A stretch of DNA of 64,000 nt from a virus. Within the stretch, counting starts at the first letter, position 1; the number at the start of each line of letters is the position of its first letter. The position numbers were made by a program, and so were the translations under genes. This document shows positions 55,990 through 64,000 of the stretch, piece by piece. The notes under the pieces are model-generated. The model was not told the origin of the DNA. It ran no database searches and was given only the letters and a program-made list of their open reading frames with translations. Location: the IMG/VR virus record IMGVR_UViG_3300045999_010033, positions 1-64,000 of that record; one strand, 5' to 3'.

Positions 55990-57060
55990 AAAGGTGAGAT
56001 TACCCTTTGTTGAGAACAGCCTTTAGAAAGATTATTAGTTCCTCTCTTATCCACCACCTTTTGAGCGGTATCCGTTCAGTGTCGGTTAGTAATGCTAACC
56101 ACTCATTAAGTTACTGACTACTCTCTTATTACTCCCCTTCTTCTACCCTGCCGAGCAGATTCACACTTGCGGTGTTAGAAGCTTTTCGTAAGAATCACAG
56201 ACCTCTTGCGGAGGTATCGTGGCTGGGAACAACTCCCAACTATGTAGACACCTTTCATCCGTAACTGATGGGCACTTATGCTTCATTTTGATTTTATAGT
56301 TTTGCTACCAAATGCAAGTATAAAGTTGGTTTGTAGATTGATTCAGGTAGTGGCCCATCTGCCAGCTCCCTCACCTTTTGAGTGAGGAAATACTAAACTA
56401 CCCGATGTGATATCCCTATCACCATATTTTAAGTCTGCTTCATAACTCATGCTTTGGTAAGCGAAGGTTAAGGGCAACAACGACACCACTCGTACTTTAC
56501 CATACCTTTCGGTTTTAAGTGAACTCTAATATTGGATAACGAAATGATACGAAGGGATTAAGTTCGTACTTCTCACATATACCCTATGGGTTATTCCTAT
56601 TATCCTTCCGGATTCAAATGAACTATCTACTTAGCCCATTCACCCAGACACCTCACCTACAGCCTTGCCGTCAGTTACTAAGTCCGAGTGGTATCCCACT
56701 TGCCTACTCAACCTCTTTTGGGAGGCGCATCGGTGCTTAACCAAACACCAACACTTTATCCTACTTTCGTAGTTTATTTAACGACCATAGGCGGCCGATT
56801 TGTACTATGTAACGCGAGGTTACTATGTACTCATTTCGTAATGTAAAAGAACTTTAATGTGAACCAAACTTACGCCCTATTAAGGATACTCCGTTTATAC
56901 TACTTTCACATCTGAATCGGTAGTGCGATTTTACTAAAGATAAGTAAAGTTTTTCAAATTACCAAATCTTTATTCGTTGAACATTTTCGGTTATGTTTAT
57001 TTACACCATATAATACTTCCTACTTCTGAACAAGTTTATAAAGTTAAGTAAAGTTTTTCA
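55990..57060. ncRNA. about 1.07-kb ORF-free region flanked by tRNAs; candidate large structured ncRNA
   Basis: No ORF of 60 aa or more in any frame of ORF track; internal short repeats (CACCTTTTGAG, AAGTAAAGTTTTTCAA). Confidence 0.35.
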
Positions 57061-57079
57061 ACTTTCCAAATCTTTATAG

Positions 57080-57151
57080 TTGCGGGGGGTGGAATCGAAC
57101 CACCGTAGGCGAGGCTTATGAGACCTGCGGATAACCAACAATCTCCCCACA
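57080..57151 (-). tRNA. tRNA-Met(CAT) (or Ile-lysidine) copy 1
   Basis: AC loop CTCATAA with 4-bp stem; T-arm GGTGG-TTCGATT-CCACC. Confidence 0.55.
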
Positions 57152-57186
57152 ATGTATAAATATATATAAAGAACTATTTTTTTAGA

Positions 57187-57256
57187 TGCCCTTTTAGGAT
57201 TCGAACCTAAACTAACAGAATCAAAATCTGTTGTGCTAACCGTTACACTAAAGAGC
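57187..57256 (-). tRNA. tRNA-Gln(TTG)
   Basis: AC stem ACAGA/TCTGT loop TTTTGAT. Confidence 0.65.
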
Positions 57257-57359
57257 AATTTTCAAATCTCATTTTCGTTTGATAACTCAAAGTTAAGGAA
57301 AATTTTCCAATCTACCAAATTTTTTTGTTATCCATTGAAAATCAACGAATTGATTATAA

Positions 57360-57450
57360 TAACACATCCATCTCTTATTGACTACCATAAACACATTCTG
57401 TATGGTTTACCACATCTATAATCTATGACACATAGGAGATGGATGTGTTA
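57360..57450. repeat. 15-bp perfect inverted repeat TAACACATCCATCTC / GAGATGGATGTGTTA with about 60-nt spacer
   Basis: Seen in sequence. Confidence 0.7.
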
Positions 57451-57583
57451 AAATTTGCTCGTCTATTCCGAGCCGCCAATCAGTATCGAGTAACTAATAC
57501 GTAGCATACCACTACACTATCTGTCGAGGGAGGTGATTCCCCACAGACCTTGTGGCTTCTTTATCACCCATACCACAATAGTG

Positions 57584-57657
57584 TGGACTCTCACGGGCTC
57601 GAACCGTGGACCTAATGATTATGAGTCATTTGCTCTAACCAACTGAGCTAAGAGTCC
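57584..57657 (-). tRNA. tRNA-Met(CAT) copy 2
   Basis: Acceptor GGACTCT/AGAGTCC; D-arm AGCTCAGTTGGTTAGAGC; AC stem AATGA/TCATT loop CTCATAA. Confidence 0.75.
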
Positions 57658-57659
57658 AA

Positions 57660-57810
57660 AGTGGACGTGGTGGGAGTCGAACCCACGTCTTGATAAGAAA
57701 TCCTACCACCAACGTATCACAAGTTTATTCCTACATTCGGGTTGGACACCTATCTAACATTCTCACACCGTGTTAGCCGACGGTGATAGTGGTTCGATTC
57801 GGCCACTATG
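57660..57810 (-). pseudogene. tRNA-like remnants (T-arm GTGGG-TTCGACT-CCCAC at 3' side; class-II D-arm-like GCATAGTGGCCGAAT at 5' side)
   Basis: Fragments resemble the class-II tRNAs elsewhere but no consistent acceptor pairing. Confidence 0.3.
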
Positions 57811-58132
57811 CCACATAGAGAATCACATTCTATTTTAATCCCACGATGTGTGCGGGAGCGGTTACGCAGCTACTGCGTACTCAGCGTTGGCGTATGTGTT
57901 GCCAGTTATTCTTCGATACAATATTAAGGGATAGTATCATTTCCCTACTTGTGATGGTAACACTCACATACCAATCAATTACCAATACACGCCCATATTT
58001 ATAAGAACTATATATCTCCCATTTTTGGTCGATAACCAAAGTTACTACTTTTTTTTGGATTTACCAAACATTTCGGAAAATATTTTTTAAATCGTTGAAA
58101 ATCAACCGATTACGTATTAAAAAAAGAAATAT

Positions 58133-58873
58133 CTATCGGTTTTTCCTCAAAATTAGGGCCGTTTCCATCCACTTTTTTCCTATCGGATTGACCACCGGGG
58201 CATCAACAAATCGGCGAACGACTCGTTTTACATCTGAATCCGGATTAGAAGACTCTGAGTTTTCAACAATATACAATCGGTTTCCAAATATCGTGCGATA
58301 TTCACCCAATGCAGACTGGCATTTATTCCATAACCCTTCAACAAGCTCGTTTGATATGGAACGTTCCCGCTCACTATTACGTTTCAATGCAACTTCTAAT
58401 GTAGTATTAACGAACACCATTGCCGCATCATAACCGGCGGCTTCCATTTCAGATTTACGGCCGGCAATGTAAGCCGGATTGGCACCGGTACTATCCATTA
58501 TCATTCCCAGTCGCCCTTCCATATACATCTTACGTGTCGCAGATACCATACGAAATGCCTTTTGTCGTATACCGGAGCCAGTTTTATCTCGGCCGGTATC
58601 TATTACTGATGAATAAAACTCCGGGTCTTCATCTCGTATCTTACCCAACTCCTTTGGATTGATACCATTTTTTTGTAGAAACGCCTCAAAAGCATGATCC
58701 GAATTTATTACCTTCAATCCCATGCCGGTAAGGCTTGAACGCTTCGGCAATCCAAATATCTGGTCTATGATATACGATTTACCCGAACCGGGTCCACCTG
58801 CAGTAAACACACATTTGAGTACACCACGATTGAATACTCCTTCGTTTAATAAGGGTTTTAATAGGATAGCCAT
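58133..58873 (-). CDS. P-loop nucleoside/nucleotide kinase-like protein
   Basis: 'FTAGGPGSGKSY' Walker A; 246 aa. Confidence 0.5.
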   Translation of the reverse strand: MAILLKPLLNEGVFNRGVLKCVFTAGGPGSGKSYIIDQIFGLPKRSSLTGMGLKVINSDHAFEAFLQKNGINPKELGKIRDEDPEFYSSVIDTGRDKTGSGIRQKAFRMVSATRKMYMEGRLGMIMDSTGANPAYIAGRKSEMEAAGYDAAMVFVNTTLEVALKRNSERERSISNELVEGLWNKCQSALGEYRTIFGNRLYIVENSESSNPDSDVKRVVRRFVDAPVVNPIGKKWMETALILRKNR

Positions 58874-58892
58874 ATCTTTTACATAACTATTC

Positions 58893-59045
58893 TACATCTC
58901 GTCTTTTTTGCTTTCCTTTCGGCTTAGATTTCGGGACATATCCATCATCCCATTCCTTTTTCGGTTTAGCCGGTTTAATCTTCTTTACCTTTACACGAAT
59001 TGGGGTTTCATCATCCATCCAATCCTCATAATTCCTAATTTTCAT
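58893..59045 (-). CDS. small Lys-rich protein (about 50 aa, below ORF-track cutoff)
   Basis: Manual translation MKIRNYEDWMDDETPIRVKVKKIKPAKPKKEW... Confidence 0.3.
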
Positions 59046-59094
59046 TTCTTTTCTTTGTTAAACAAATCTAATAAACTTTAATGGTATTTCAAAC

Positions 59095-59733
59095 CTATTC
59101 ATTCTCTGTAACTTGGTAATTAAAGCGGTCATCATCAGACAGACGCCATTTCGCCGTATCTTCCACAGTCCATACATGGGTGTTTATACTACGTTTGGCG
59201 GCACTTCCATATGGTTTTGTCGTAAAAAATGGAGTGAAAACCCGACAACGATTGTTCGGTTGTATCGCATAGTTACCGGAATCCAATTCAATAATGTGCC
59301 CGCATTTATGTTGGTCGGGCGTTTCGCTAAATCCATAATCGCCCGCATTGGGGTCCGCGGCTGCCCAATCAAGTGTCATTAGGTATCTCCCCCATTCCCA
59401 TTCCCCATCCCTACGACGGTATCCCATACGGCTTCCTGCCAATAGGGTGAACACCGTAACTGCCGGGTGGTATGAGAATGAATCCCAAAGCACCAGCTCA
59501 TGCAATGGGGATTGTGGGGTGTCAGGACGGCTCGCAAACGCGTGTATGGGCATCCTCCACCATAGACCTTCATCTTCCATCATGAAGTGAAATAGTGGGA
59601 CACGACCGGGTATGGATGCCATTCCAAAGACCACACACGGTAGAAGTTCGTGAGGACCATCGGGCCGGTTATCCAAAAACCCACTTCGAATCCAACATTG
59701 AATGGGCGGAATGTTTATATTAAGATATGCCAT
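59095..59733 (-). CDS. hypothetical protein
   Basis: ORF track; slightly GC-richer. Confidence 0.5.
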   Translation of the reverse strand: MAYLNINIPPIQCWIRSGFLDNRPDGPHELLPCVVFGMASIPGRVPLFHFMMEDEGLWWRMPIHAFASRPDTPQSPLHELVLWDSFSYHPAVTVFTLLAGSRMGYRRRDGEWEWGRYLMTLDWAAADPNAGDYGFSETPDQHKCGHIIELDSGNYAIQPNNRCRVFTPFFTTKPYGSAAKRSINTHVWTVEDTAKWRLSDDDRFNYQVTENE

Positions 59734-59753
59734 AATCCGATATAAATATAAGA

Positions 59754-60131
59754 TTAATCGGAATCTTCATCAATAAATGTCTTGGCATATGGGTCTGCTT
59801 TATATGGAAGTGGCTCCATGCGTTGGGGTGCAGGTGTGCCGGTGAATGGGCAGTAATTCACACGTGTTTCATATTCGCCATTGCCAATCCACATCTTTCC
59901 ATCCTCTCCCACTCGTACATATTCTACGGCCGGGCCCCATAGCCCTTTTGGTGCATGGTATGTAATGTTTTGTTGCATAGTTTCGTATTCGTTTATATTT
60001 TCGTTTGATTGTTCCCCTTGTCGAAGCCGCCTTAATTGGCCTTGGCGTTGGCTTTGTTGATTTAGTATATATTGTGTTAATAAAAAATTTTGGTTCGTTA
60101 CGACGTTGAGTATCCCCGGGCCCCTTCCCAA
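59754..60131 (-). CDS. hypothetical protein
   Basis: ORF track. Confidence 0.45.
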   Translation of the reverse strand: MGRGPGILNVVTNQNFLLTQYILNQQSQRQGQLRRLRQGEQSNENINEYETMQQNITYHAPKGLWGPAVEYVRVGEDGKMWIGNGEYETRVNYCPFTGTPAPQRMEPLPYKADPYAKTFIDEDSD

Positions 60132-60146
60132 TTTCTGAAAATCATA

Positions 60147-60404
60147 TTAATGATGTTTTTTAATTTTAAGGAGTGTTGTCAAAATTTCTTGTAATTCTTT
60201 TTCTTCAATCGAATCTAATGCGTTTCCGAGTTTACTTCCTTTTGCTAACCAAGCATATGGTTCATATTGTTCACCATCTAAATCGAAATGATATTGAAGT
60301 ATTAAATGCCATTTATCTACATCATAGTAGAATGCATCGTTATCCCGATTTGCGAACCTTTGCATCCACGCTTGTATTGCGTTTACCAGTTGTTGTTTTT
60401 GCAT
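60147..60404 (-). CDS. hypothetical protein
   Basis: ORF track. Confidence 0.4.
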   Translation of the reverse strand: MQKQQLVNAIQAWMQRFANRDNDAFYYDVDKWHLILQYHFDLDGEQYEPYAWLAKGSKLGNALDSIEEKELQEILTTLLKIKKHH

Positions 60405-60609
60405 CTTTTTTATGTGTTTTTACTCTTACCGATTTTAATGATTTACCTTCTTTCCATTCTTTTATGATATGTGGTTTCCAATTTGTTTCAACTGATATTG
60501 GGCCATTTGGAAATTTTATCAAATCATATTTCCAAATCTGCTGACAATCATCATCTGAATAAATTACTTCCCATTTGGAAGGTTGCTTGATTTGTTTCTC
60601 CGTGCTCAT
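60340..60609 (-). CDS. hypothetical protein
   Basis: ORF track; overlaps neighbour. Confidence 0.35.
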   Translation of the reverse strand: MSTEKQIKQPSKWEVIYSDDDCQQIWKYDLIKFPNGPISVETNWKPHIIKEWKEGKSLKSVRVKTHKKDAKTTTGKRNTSVDAKVRKSG

Positions 60610-61408
60610 GATTAGGTGATGGTAATTCTATTTTATCTAATATACTTAAATTATCTGCCGCAGATTGCCTCCACTTTAACGCTACCCATATCAATATTAT
60701 TATGGTTGCCGAAACTACTCCTGCTACAACTCCCTTTTTAAGGGTATTTTTCCAAGAAAATGATTCTTCAGTATCTGAATTTTCCCAATGTAAAATTGTT
60801 TCTTGTTTTTGCTCTTCGTGGTTAGCCCTTTGCTCAATTTCATCAAGTTTTTTAACAATACGTTCAAGTATTTCAGTACTCTTATCTATCGATTCTTTTG
60901 TGGATTGTCCACTTTGGAATTTCGGCTCTTCTTTTTTTATTTCAGAACGAACATCCATATTTTTTAGGGTATCATTTTCTTGCGTTGCTTTTAGCATTGC
61001 TTTATTCATAAGTGGAGTAAAGTAGACATCATCGCTATAAACTCCACATATGGCTTCGTAGATGGTTTCGGGCATGTCTCCCTTTGTTAGGTATGAATTC
61101 GCTCCCAACGCAAGCATTTTTGAAATCATCGATGCGTTATTGTGCATTGAAACGATTACTATTTTAATATCAGGATACTCTTGTTTTAATTTTGGTAGAG
61201 TTTCTATACCATCCATTATGGGCATGTTAATATCCAATAGGATAACATTGGGTGTCATATGTTTTAGTAAATGCATAAGTTGCACACCATCTCCTGCTTC
61301 TCCTATCACATCTATATTTTGATAGAACGATAATGTTGATTTTATACCCTGTCTAAATAATACATGGTCATCACATATAATAACCTTAATTTTTGATGCC
61401 GATTCCAT
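60551..61408 (-). CDS. response-regulator receiver (CheY-like REC) domain protein with C-terminal coiled coil and transmembrane helix
   Basis: 'KVIICDDHVLFRQGI...ILLDINMPIMDG...IVIVSMHNN' receiver signature (DD, phospho-acceptor D, K); C-terminal 'VVAGVVSATIIILIWVALKW' TM segment; no HTH output. Confidence 0.6.
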   Translation of the reverse strand: MESASKIKVIICDDHVLFRQGIKSTLSFYQNIDVIGEAGDGVQLMHLLKHMTPNVILLDINMPIMDGIETLPKLKQEYPDIKIVIVSMHNNASMISKMLALGANSYLTKGDMPETIYEAICGVYSDDVYFTPLMNKAMLKATQENDTLKNMDVRSEIKKEEPKFQSGQSTKESIDKSTEILERIVKKLDEIEQRANHEEQKQETILHWENSDTEESFSWKNTLKKGVVAGVVSATIIILIWVALKWRQSAADNLSILDKIELPSPNHEHGETNQATFQMGSNLFR

Positions 61409-61440
61409 TTTATAACTTCATTTTAATAAATGTACTCAAA

Positions 61441-61800
61441 TTAATTGGAATTTCCAAATTTTCTTATTGGAGCACGGTTATCTCCGGGAATTTGCTTTGG
61501 ATTAGATTCTTTTGGTTGATATATTTTGCGTGGTCCATCTGAATAATTTGGTCGGTTTGGTTGTACCGGAACTACGATGACGGGTGATCTATTCCAATAC
61601 CAGCTATTATTCCAATTCGGATATGGTTGGTTGTAATAGTAATTCGATAGTGTATTCCATCTACGATTTTTGTATATCGGTGATGAATAATATACATCAT
61701 CGGGAAAAGTATATTGACCACATCCTATGAGTCCGATTAAGATAATAAATAATATAATTTTTTTCATCTTACCTTTACATATAAATATTTCGGAATCCAA
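61441..61800 (-). CDS. predicted lipoprotein
   Basis: 'MKKIILFIILIGLIGC' signal peptide plus lipobox; Tyr/Asn/Pro-rich. Confidence 0.5.
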   Translation of the reverse strand: MDSEIFICKGKMKKIILFIILIGLIGCGQYTFPDDVYYSSPIYKNRRWNTLSNYYYNQPYPNWNNSWYWNRSPVIVVPVQPNRPNYSDGPRKIYQPKESNPKQIPGDNRAPIRKFGNSN

Positions 61801-62033
61801 ATATCAATAATAATATTGCCGTCCACAACCGATACATCATATGTGTTGTAACGATTATCATTTATCCAACCATATTCCTTAAAATAAAATATAATTATTT
61901 GTTGCTGTGTATGTTCATGCACGGCATAAAGAGCATTATCTGCATAATCAATTGTTGGATTCCAAATTAATCCTGCTTTCCAATCATTTATAAATTCCGG
62001 TAATAGTTCTTCCGGATGAATAATGATTTTCAT
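61764..62033 (-). CDS. hypothetical protein
   Basis: ORF track. Confidence 0.4.
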   Translation of the reverse strand: MKIIIHPEELLPEFINDWKAGLIWNPTIDYADNALYAVHEHTQQQIIIFYFKEYGWINDNRYNTYDVSVVDGNIIIDIWIPKYLYVKVR

Positions 62034-62169
62034 ACCAATAGTTATTTTTTACTATCATTCTCGTTTTTAGTATGGATATAATCCATTCCACCATATTTCA
62101 ACCACAATACCGATAGGGCCATTGCGGAGATTAGTATTACAATTCCTAACATAGTTATTAATATTTTAT

Positions 62170-62739
62170 CTATTTTATAATTTCATCAATGATACCAAGT
62201 TTCAAAGCTTCATCTGAACTAATAAACCAGTCCTTTTTATCTTTGTAGTTTTTATCCAACATTTCTCTTGTCATCTTTGTGTATTCCAATGTATGCTCCT
62301 CAATCATTGATTGTAGCCTCTTTGCTTCCTCCACATCTTCTTCTATATCTTTCAACTTTCCCCATACGGCGCTGCTTACTTGATGATACATATGGGTTGC
62401 TTTTTCATATGAATAACGTCTATGTCCAGTTATTGCTATCATAAATCCGCAACTCATAGCTGCACCGGTTACGACCGTATGTACTGGAACTTTTGATTTA
62501 TCCATAACACTTAATAGTCCAAAGCACTGATATACTGCACCGCCATATGAATCTATATAAAGCATAATCGGTTTGGGTTTGTAAGTCATACCATATAATT
62601 CTGCTAACTTAGCCAAGTCAGCATCTTCATCATTAATATCAATAATTGCCTTTGTGATTTCGTTAATCGAATCTTGGTCTACTTGTTTGGCCAAGTATAA
62701 GTTTCTTTCTTTTGGGATTGGTAATTGTGGTAATGCCAT
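62170..62739 (-). CDS. clpP: ClpP-family serine protease
   Basis: 'GAAMSCGFMI' Ser motif and 'MYHQ' His region of ClpP fold; 189 aa. Confidence 0.65.
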   Translation of the reverse strand: MALPQLPIPKERNLYLAKQVDQDSINEITKAIIDINDEDADLAKLAELYGMTYKPKPIMLYIDSYGGAVYQCFGLLSVMDKSKVPVHTVVTGAAMSCGFMIAITGHRRYSYEKATHMYHQVSSAVWGKLKDIEEDVEEAKRLQSMIEEHTLEYTKMTREMLDKNYKDKKDWFISSDEALKLGIIDEIIK

Positions 62740-62764
62740 AACTTTTGTTTTAATTTATTTCGTA

Positions 62765-62908
62765 AGCTTTTGGTGAAGGTAATCCGCTATATTCACAGAA
62801 TAGTTCTTCTCTTTGTTTTTCCAGCTCAGTTTTGATGTGTTCAGGAAAATACACACCATCGCTTTCCATATCTGATAATGCTAGGTTGTTCGTATTTTGA
62901 TTTTTCAT
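62765..62908 (-). CDS. small hypothetical protein (about 48 aa)
   Basis: Manual translation MKNQNTNNLALSDMESDGVYFPEH... Confidence 0.3.
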
Positions 62909-62920
62909 TTTAGTTTTTAT

Positions 62921-63083
62921 TTATTAGCGAATCCGTAAATACCCATCCGAAAAATAAAATTCCGATGGGCAGATTTACCGAATAACCTAATGCTACGGAT
63001 AATCCCAGCCCAATGACAAGTTTACAAGATTTTAATCCATCTTTAATAATTCGTTTGTACCAATACTCGTAATGGTTTTGCAT
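62921..63083 (-). CDS. small membrane protein (about 54 aa)
   Basis: Manual translation MQNHYEYWYKRIIKDGLKSCKLVIGLGLSVALGY... Confidence 0.3.
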
Positions 63084-63095
63084 AACTTTTGTTTT

Positions 63096-63983
63096 TTAAT
63101 TTGAAAGGGGAAGTTTAATTGCCGGATGTGATTGGTAATTTAATATCTTAATATCGTTTGGTTTATAACACTCCCAATTATCTTTCTTGCAAAGGTAATC
63201 AGGTAATTTATCCAATTTAGGCAAATCATACGGCGTTCTTGTCAATTGCTCTTTCAATCCATCTATGTGATTGAGATAGATGTGACAATCTCCCAAATTA
63301 CCAATCACTTCTTCGGGAATCATATTGACTTCTTTGGCGATAATTTCTAATAGAAGTGCGTAGGATGCGATGTTGAATGGGAGCCCCAATCCCACGTCCA
63401 CTGACCTCTGTGACCAAATTAAAGAGATTGCTCTGGTTGGTATATTATGTTCTGATAATTGTTTTTCTGTGTAATAGAACCTGTAATCTTGAGGTAGCTT
63501 ATCTTTATCAATTACTCCTAAATGCTTATCCATCAACTTCACTCTCTCTGTCTCGTCTAACTCTCTCGTATAAAATTGAAACGAGTAGTGACACGGTGGC
63601 AAGACCATCTGGTCGAGTTCTCCAACATTCCAAGCACTCACAAGTATCCTCCTACTATCAGGGTCTGTCTTCAGTAGGTGAATCGCGTTTGCGATTTGGT
63701 CTGTATATTCGCCCGAACCATTATAATAATCTGCCCAGCTTCTCCATTGGTTACCGTAGATTGGTCCTAATTCTCCCCACATCTTTGCAAACTCATCATC
63801 GGTTTTGATTTTGTTGATGAATTGTTCTTTTGTAAAATGGACATAATTAGGATACCCACTATTAAACTCTAATCCATCAACTTTAAAGTGTTTCTCTCTA
63901 TCATAGAAGGTAATTGATGATATTTGAGTATTTTTATACCGTTTATAAGCATCCCCATCCCAAATATGGCATCCATTATCCAC
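63096..63983 (-). CDS. thyA: thymidylate synthase
   Basis: 'LPPCHYSFQFY' active-site Cys motif, 'WNVGELDQM', length 295 aa. Confidence 0.85.
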   Translation of the reverse strand: MDNGCHIWDGDAYKRYKNTQISSITFYDREKHFKVDGLEFNSGYPNYVHFTKEQFINKIKTDDEFAKMWGELGPIYGNQWRSWADYYNGSGEYTDQIANAIHLLKTDPDSRRILVSAWNVGELDQMVLPPCHYSFQFYTRELDETERVKLMDKHLGVIDKDKLPQDYRFYYTEKQLSEHNIPTRAISLIWSQRSVDVGLGLPFNIASYALLLEIIAKEVNMIPEEVIGNLGDCHIYLNHIDGLKEQLTRTPYDLPKLDKLPDYLCKKDNWECYKPNDIKILNYQSHPAIKLPLSN

Positions 63984-64000
63984 AAGATACTTAATGTTTG

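Noticed and set aside
57740-57810. Plus-strand tRNA suggested by GGTTCGATTCGG on the plus strand
   Set aside because: Flanking stems do not pair (the T-loop would be 10 nt). The minus strand instead carries a class-II D-arm-like motif, so it was treated as part of a degenerate minus-strand tRNA-like remnant.

Overview
This window is AT-rich (roughly one-third GC by eye) and densely packed, with almost every gene on the minus strand. It looks like part of a large virulent dsDNA phage. Genes lack Shine-Dalgarno sequences, and conserved upstream repeats carry a TAACTTTG element matching the Bacteroidetes sigma-A -7 motif (TAnnTTTG), so the host is probably a Bacteroidetes member. The content is typical of auxiliary and early regions of big phages. 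I folded at least 27 tRNA genes by hand in clusters at 42.8-44.5, 49.6-52.5, 54.4-55.7, 55.9 and 57.1-57.7 kb, and several more tRNA-like genes are atypical or carry insertions. A two-gene module (PRPP-synthetase-like plus NAMPT-like) resembles the phage NAD+ reconstitution pathway NARP1. An RNA/DNA end-repair toolkit is present: two KxDG RNA-ligase-family proteins, a T4 Pnk-like kinase, a HAD phosphatase, a T7-type ATP-dependent DNA ligase and three calcineurin-like phosphoesterases. Other recognisable genes are thymidylate synthase, a ClpP-like protease, a CobS/CobT-like AAA+/vWA pair next to a heme-oxygenase-like gene, an SPFH protein, a staphylococcal-nuclease-like nuclease, a GIY-YIG nuclease, a glucosaminidase candidate endolysin, a histone-H1-like Lys/Ala-rich protein and a membrane-anchored response-regulator receiver protein. 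There are large tandem arrays of small paralogous genes: 11 copies at 15-19.6 kb, 7 copies at 7.2-9.1 kb and 3 copies at 9.2-10.5 kb. A 1.8-kb GC-rich island at 3.1-4.9 kb sits next to an iteron-like repeat array. A roughly 1.07-kb ORF-free, tRNA-flanked region at 56-57 kb is a candidate large structured ncRNA. All tRNA anticodons and coordinates come from manual folding and may be off by 1-3 nt. Many phage tRNAs here use G-U wobble pairs in their stems.
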